The notes under the pieces are model-generated. The model saw only the letters and a program-made list of their open reading frames with translations. It searched no databases and was not told the origin of the DNA. Of a stretch of 64,000 nucleotides of DNA, positions 60,524-64,000 are shown piece by piece. The stretch is taken from NCBI GenBank assembly GCA_047495785.1, contig JBLDXI010000024.1:2480001-2544000 (forward strand), given 5' to 3'. Made by a program: the position numbers and the translations under genes. Source of the DNA: Lepidodermella squamata. Lineage: Eukaryota > Animalia > Gastrotricha. The stretch's first letter is position 1. Every line of letters begins with the position of its first letter.

Positions 60524-61030
60524 AGGCTGAAATTTATAGTCCGTAATTTTAACACTGGACATAATTTGCGGAAATGAACATAGCTTGAATGCTTTTGTCA
60601 TTATTAGTCCATTAATCATTTATTAAACTTGGAATTTCTCGGAAAGGGAAGGTCACATGTATGCGAAGTTTGGCTTTTGTGTAATGAATAAGTTATAAGA
60701 CTTACGGGCTTTTTTTTTAGCAGTGGTTCTTTGGTTCTTTACTGGCTTTGACCCGGAAATGTTCCTTATTGACTTTCTTGCAACAGCTTTCACTCGATCG
60801 AAGATCTAACAGCTACTAAACGTTTCTAGAGGTGTTAAATTATGGCCTTCTACGCCGTAAAAATGCGCTCCCTCACACGGTTATAACAATGGAACAAAAT
60901 TGACGGAAACGTTAAATTTTCACACCTTTTCTTTGCGTTGAAGGGTTTTCTAGGAGTGCTGGCTTCGATAGGAAAACCAGCAGAATCTAACAAATTTCAT
61001 CGCTTCATAATAGACCAACATTTTTTTGCT

Positions 61031-64000
61031 ATGGAAGCAATAAAGTGCCTTCTATGGCTTTGCCTTTTGATCGCACCGACAGGTAAAGATTTTGAAAATT
61101 CAACGTGAATATTCTTCAATTTGTTGTTTTTCTAGCTTCTGTCAACTGTAAGCTATAAGCTATTCAAGCACATATCATTGGAATAAGTTTGCAAATTTTT
61201 AGTTTGCGAGAGTGATGACCTTTTAGCACTTTCCACCACTTGGGGTGGATCTGTGGCCATGTCCTCTACTGGGATCGTGAACACGTCAACGAGCTCATTT
61301 TCCTTTCTCAGCACTGATCCTAGTCCATATCTGGAGATCAGATTCGGAAATGAAGTTACGGTTTCGATGATCAGAATGACGTCTACAGACACTACGAAGT
61401 TCGTCTCGCAGTATACTTTAAGCTTTCTAGTGAAGCAAGGGCTGGGCAATTTCTTCTATCCTTACCTGGATTCAACTGCCTCAGGCCAGTTGCAAGCAAC
61501 GGTGAGTGATTACGTAGTTGAAAGTAGCTGCAATTCTCTAGTTTTTTTACAGCGTTTTAATGGAGGCGCTTCTGGACCGTCTTATTATACAGATACTCGA
61601 CTTTGCCCCAACGTTAGAAGTGCAGCTATTCGGATCATTCCGAACTCGCTATTTGGTACGGGATTGATTACTATGCTCGTTAAGATCATCGGATGCCCTT
61701 CTCATGCTGGTTGCGTCATTTCGGGGCCTGACAACGAAGGATGCGGTGCGGCATGCAAATGCCCGCAAGGTTACACAAGCAGCCTCAATAATCGATGTGG
61801 TAAGGTGTCAGCAGAAGTTACTCAATGTTTTCTATTTCAGCGATTTCAACATAGATGTTTGGGCGTATCCACCAATTGACTGCGAAGACCATGTTTCGAG
61901 AAATCCTTACCTAGCCTCTGGTACTTACTTGATTTCTGCCCCGACAAATCCGAATATCACCGTATACTGCCAAAACAAGTTCATGGGATCTGGATGGACC
62001 ACGTTAATGCAAAGAACAGATTCGACGCAATCTTTCAACATGACATACCTATCCTATAAAACTGGCTTTGGCCTCCTGACTGGCAACCACTGGCTTGGCA
62101 ACGATTTCATCTCGCTGATTACCAACAACTACAACCCTTATTACATCATGTTTTACATGACAGCTGTCGATGAAACCGTTGGTTTTGCGATCTACTCAGG
62201 CTTTTCAATCGACAGTGATGAAACTGGAAATTTCACGTTGAGATTAGGGCCATACGTCAAAGGAAACGCTGGAGATGCTATGAGCTATTCGAACCTTCAA
62301 AAATTCTCCACCTACGACAAGCAGTTTGACGGAGCAAACTGCGCGTCTCTTTCTGGAGCTGCTTGGTGGTTCAAAGGGCCAGACTGCGCAAAAGCTGCTT
62401 TTACAGGGTAACAAACCTTCAAAAAATATGTTTAATTCTCGTACGATTTCTTGTAGCACTTACGGGTTGAGGCTATACGGTAAAGGACCGTTTTGGAGCA
62501 CATGGCGATCTGATACCTTGAAGACGATCCGAATTCTGATTAGACGAAACTTACCTGAAGTTTTCTCCCCTAGTAAGAAAGATTCATTTTGACTGTATTC
62601 TATCAAATGTTTGCTCCATCTTATTCTCTCCAGCTACTCCTCATCCAAAACCAACTGACTGCAAGGACATACGTAACCACAAACCTTACGCTCTGAGTGG
62701 GATCTACACGATTTTCCCTACGGAAAACTCAAGCGCCCCTTTACAGGTCTATTGTGAAATGGCAGCTCATGGTGGCGGTTGGACTGTCATTCAGCGCCAA
62801 GACTGTAACAATCCTGTGCTTACAAATAAAACCTGGGCGGAATACGAAGCTGGCTTTGGCTTGTTGGATGGATCGCATTATCTTGGCAACAGTCAGATCA
62901 ATCTAATGACGACAAATTCACGACCAAATGCCGCCTATGAGTTGATGGTAGTTCTTCAAGACGTCAAGCTGCTTCAACAGTCGTTTCACTATAGCACGTT
63001 TGAGCTTAAAGGCAGCACTTACCAACTCAGCATAGGGACTTTCAATCCGTTATCTTACAATACGACTACAGCCGATGCCTTGGCAACCTCGAACAACCAG
63101 CCTTTCTCAACCCCGGATGTCCCTAATAGTATCTCATGTGCTGCGACAAAAACAGAGGGCTGGTGGTTTTCATCGACCTGCAGTGCCACAAATCTCAATC
63201 CTCGTTGCAGCAGTAGTAGTCCAACATCCTATCCGATCATCTGGAATGGATGGGGTGCGAATGCAATTGTGTTGGCGACTATGATGATTCGTCCAAAAAC
63301 GGCGAAACCGAGGGATTGCCAAGATTTGTACCAAGCTGGGTCAACCACTAGTGGTCTCTACGTCATATATCCGACTGGTGCCGGAGCGATCAAAGTTTAC
63401 TGTGATATGTCGAACAACCTCGGCACTGGTGAGATAGGATGGACGGTGAGAAATTCATGTTTTGAATAGGATAATTTAGGAATTTTCTATAATTTCTAGG
63501 TTATTCAAAATCGGCAGGCAATAAACGTTGAATTCCGGCGGAACTGGGCAACATACAGGGCAGGATTCGGGCTGACGGCAAATAACAGCGATCACTGGCT
63601 TGGGAATGAAAATATACACCTCATGACATACAATGCCACTTACTCGCTACTCGTAACACTCACAACTACAGGCGGTTCGACCATTAGAGCTTACTACAAC
63701 AACTTCAAAATCGGCCCAGAGTCTGACAAATACAGACTGATAATATCAGGCTACCAAAGTAATAGATCATCTGCATCAGACTATCTAGACGATTACCACA
63801 ACAATAGAATGTTCTCCACGTATGACTATGGTCCAGCGAGTGGCTATTACGGCGACATCATAACGTCTCGCTCAGGCGGCTGGTGGCATGAATCAGCAAT
63901 GAACTCGAATTTAAACAACATGGCCAACGCAACGTCGTATTACGAAGCTTTTATTGCGTGGGGTAGCAGGATGGCTAAAACTCGAATGGCCATTCGCAGA
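61031..64000 (+). CDS. Secreted or surface F5/8C-EGF-3x fibrinogen-related-domain protein, incomplete at the window end
   Basis: Signal exon MEAIKCLLWLCLLIAPT, a 12-nt micro-exon at 61136-61147, a discoidin domain (PYLEIRFG), EGF and three FReDs (HWLGND, HYLGNS, HWLGNE). No stop before 64000. Confidence 0.82.

Noticed and set aside
1-64000. CRISPR arrays, rRNA or prokaryotic operon/defence systems
   Set aside because: No repeat-spacer arrays or rRNA were seen, and spliceosomal introns and metazoan domain content show the DNA is animal.

Overview
This is gene-dense, compact genomic DNA from an invertebrate animal: standard code, GT-AG introns mostly about 49-64 nt, taxon not determinable. Nearly all genes encode secreted or cell-surface proteins. 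In order: (1) a dead Mutator/MULE transposase split by a composite inverted-repeat insertion carrying a 7-isotype tRNA/pseudo-tRNA cluster; (2) three tandem secreted PAN/C-type-lectin/kringle mosaic genes plus a remnant, whose first lectin domain appears split around four nested domains; (3) a secreted tandem cyclase-family (KynB-like) gene; (4) five divergent GABA-B-like class C GPCRs, four of them intronless; (5) a small PAN-PAN gene with a decayed copy; (6) a head-to-head pair of novel Cys-rich three-finger-like secreted proteins; (7) a very recent TRIM-like LTR retroelement; (8) a C-type lectin and a LITAF-domain gene; (9) an intronless atypical Cys-loop channel; (10) a roughly 4,000-aa polycystin-1-like gene with a lectin/discoidin/fibrinogen ectodomain and a degenerate GPS containing a furin site; (11) a related discoidin-EGF-fibrinogen gene that runs off the window. 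Several TA-flanked or foldback MITEs lie between genes. All gene models and domain calls were made by eye, and no database searches were run.
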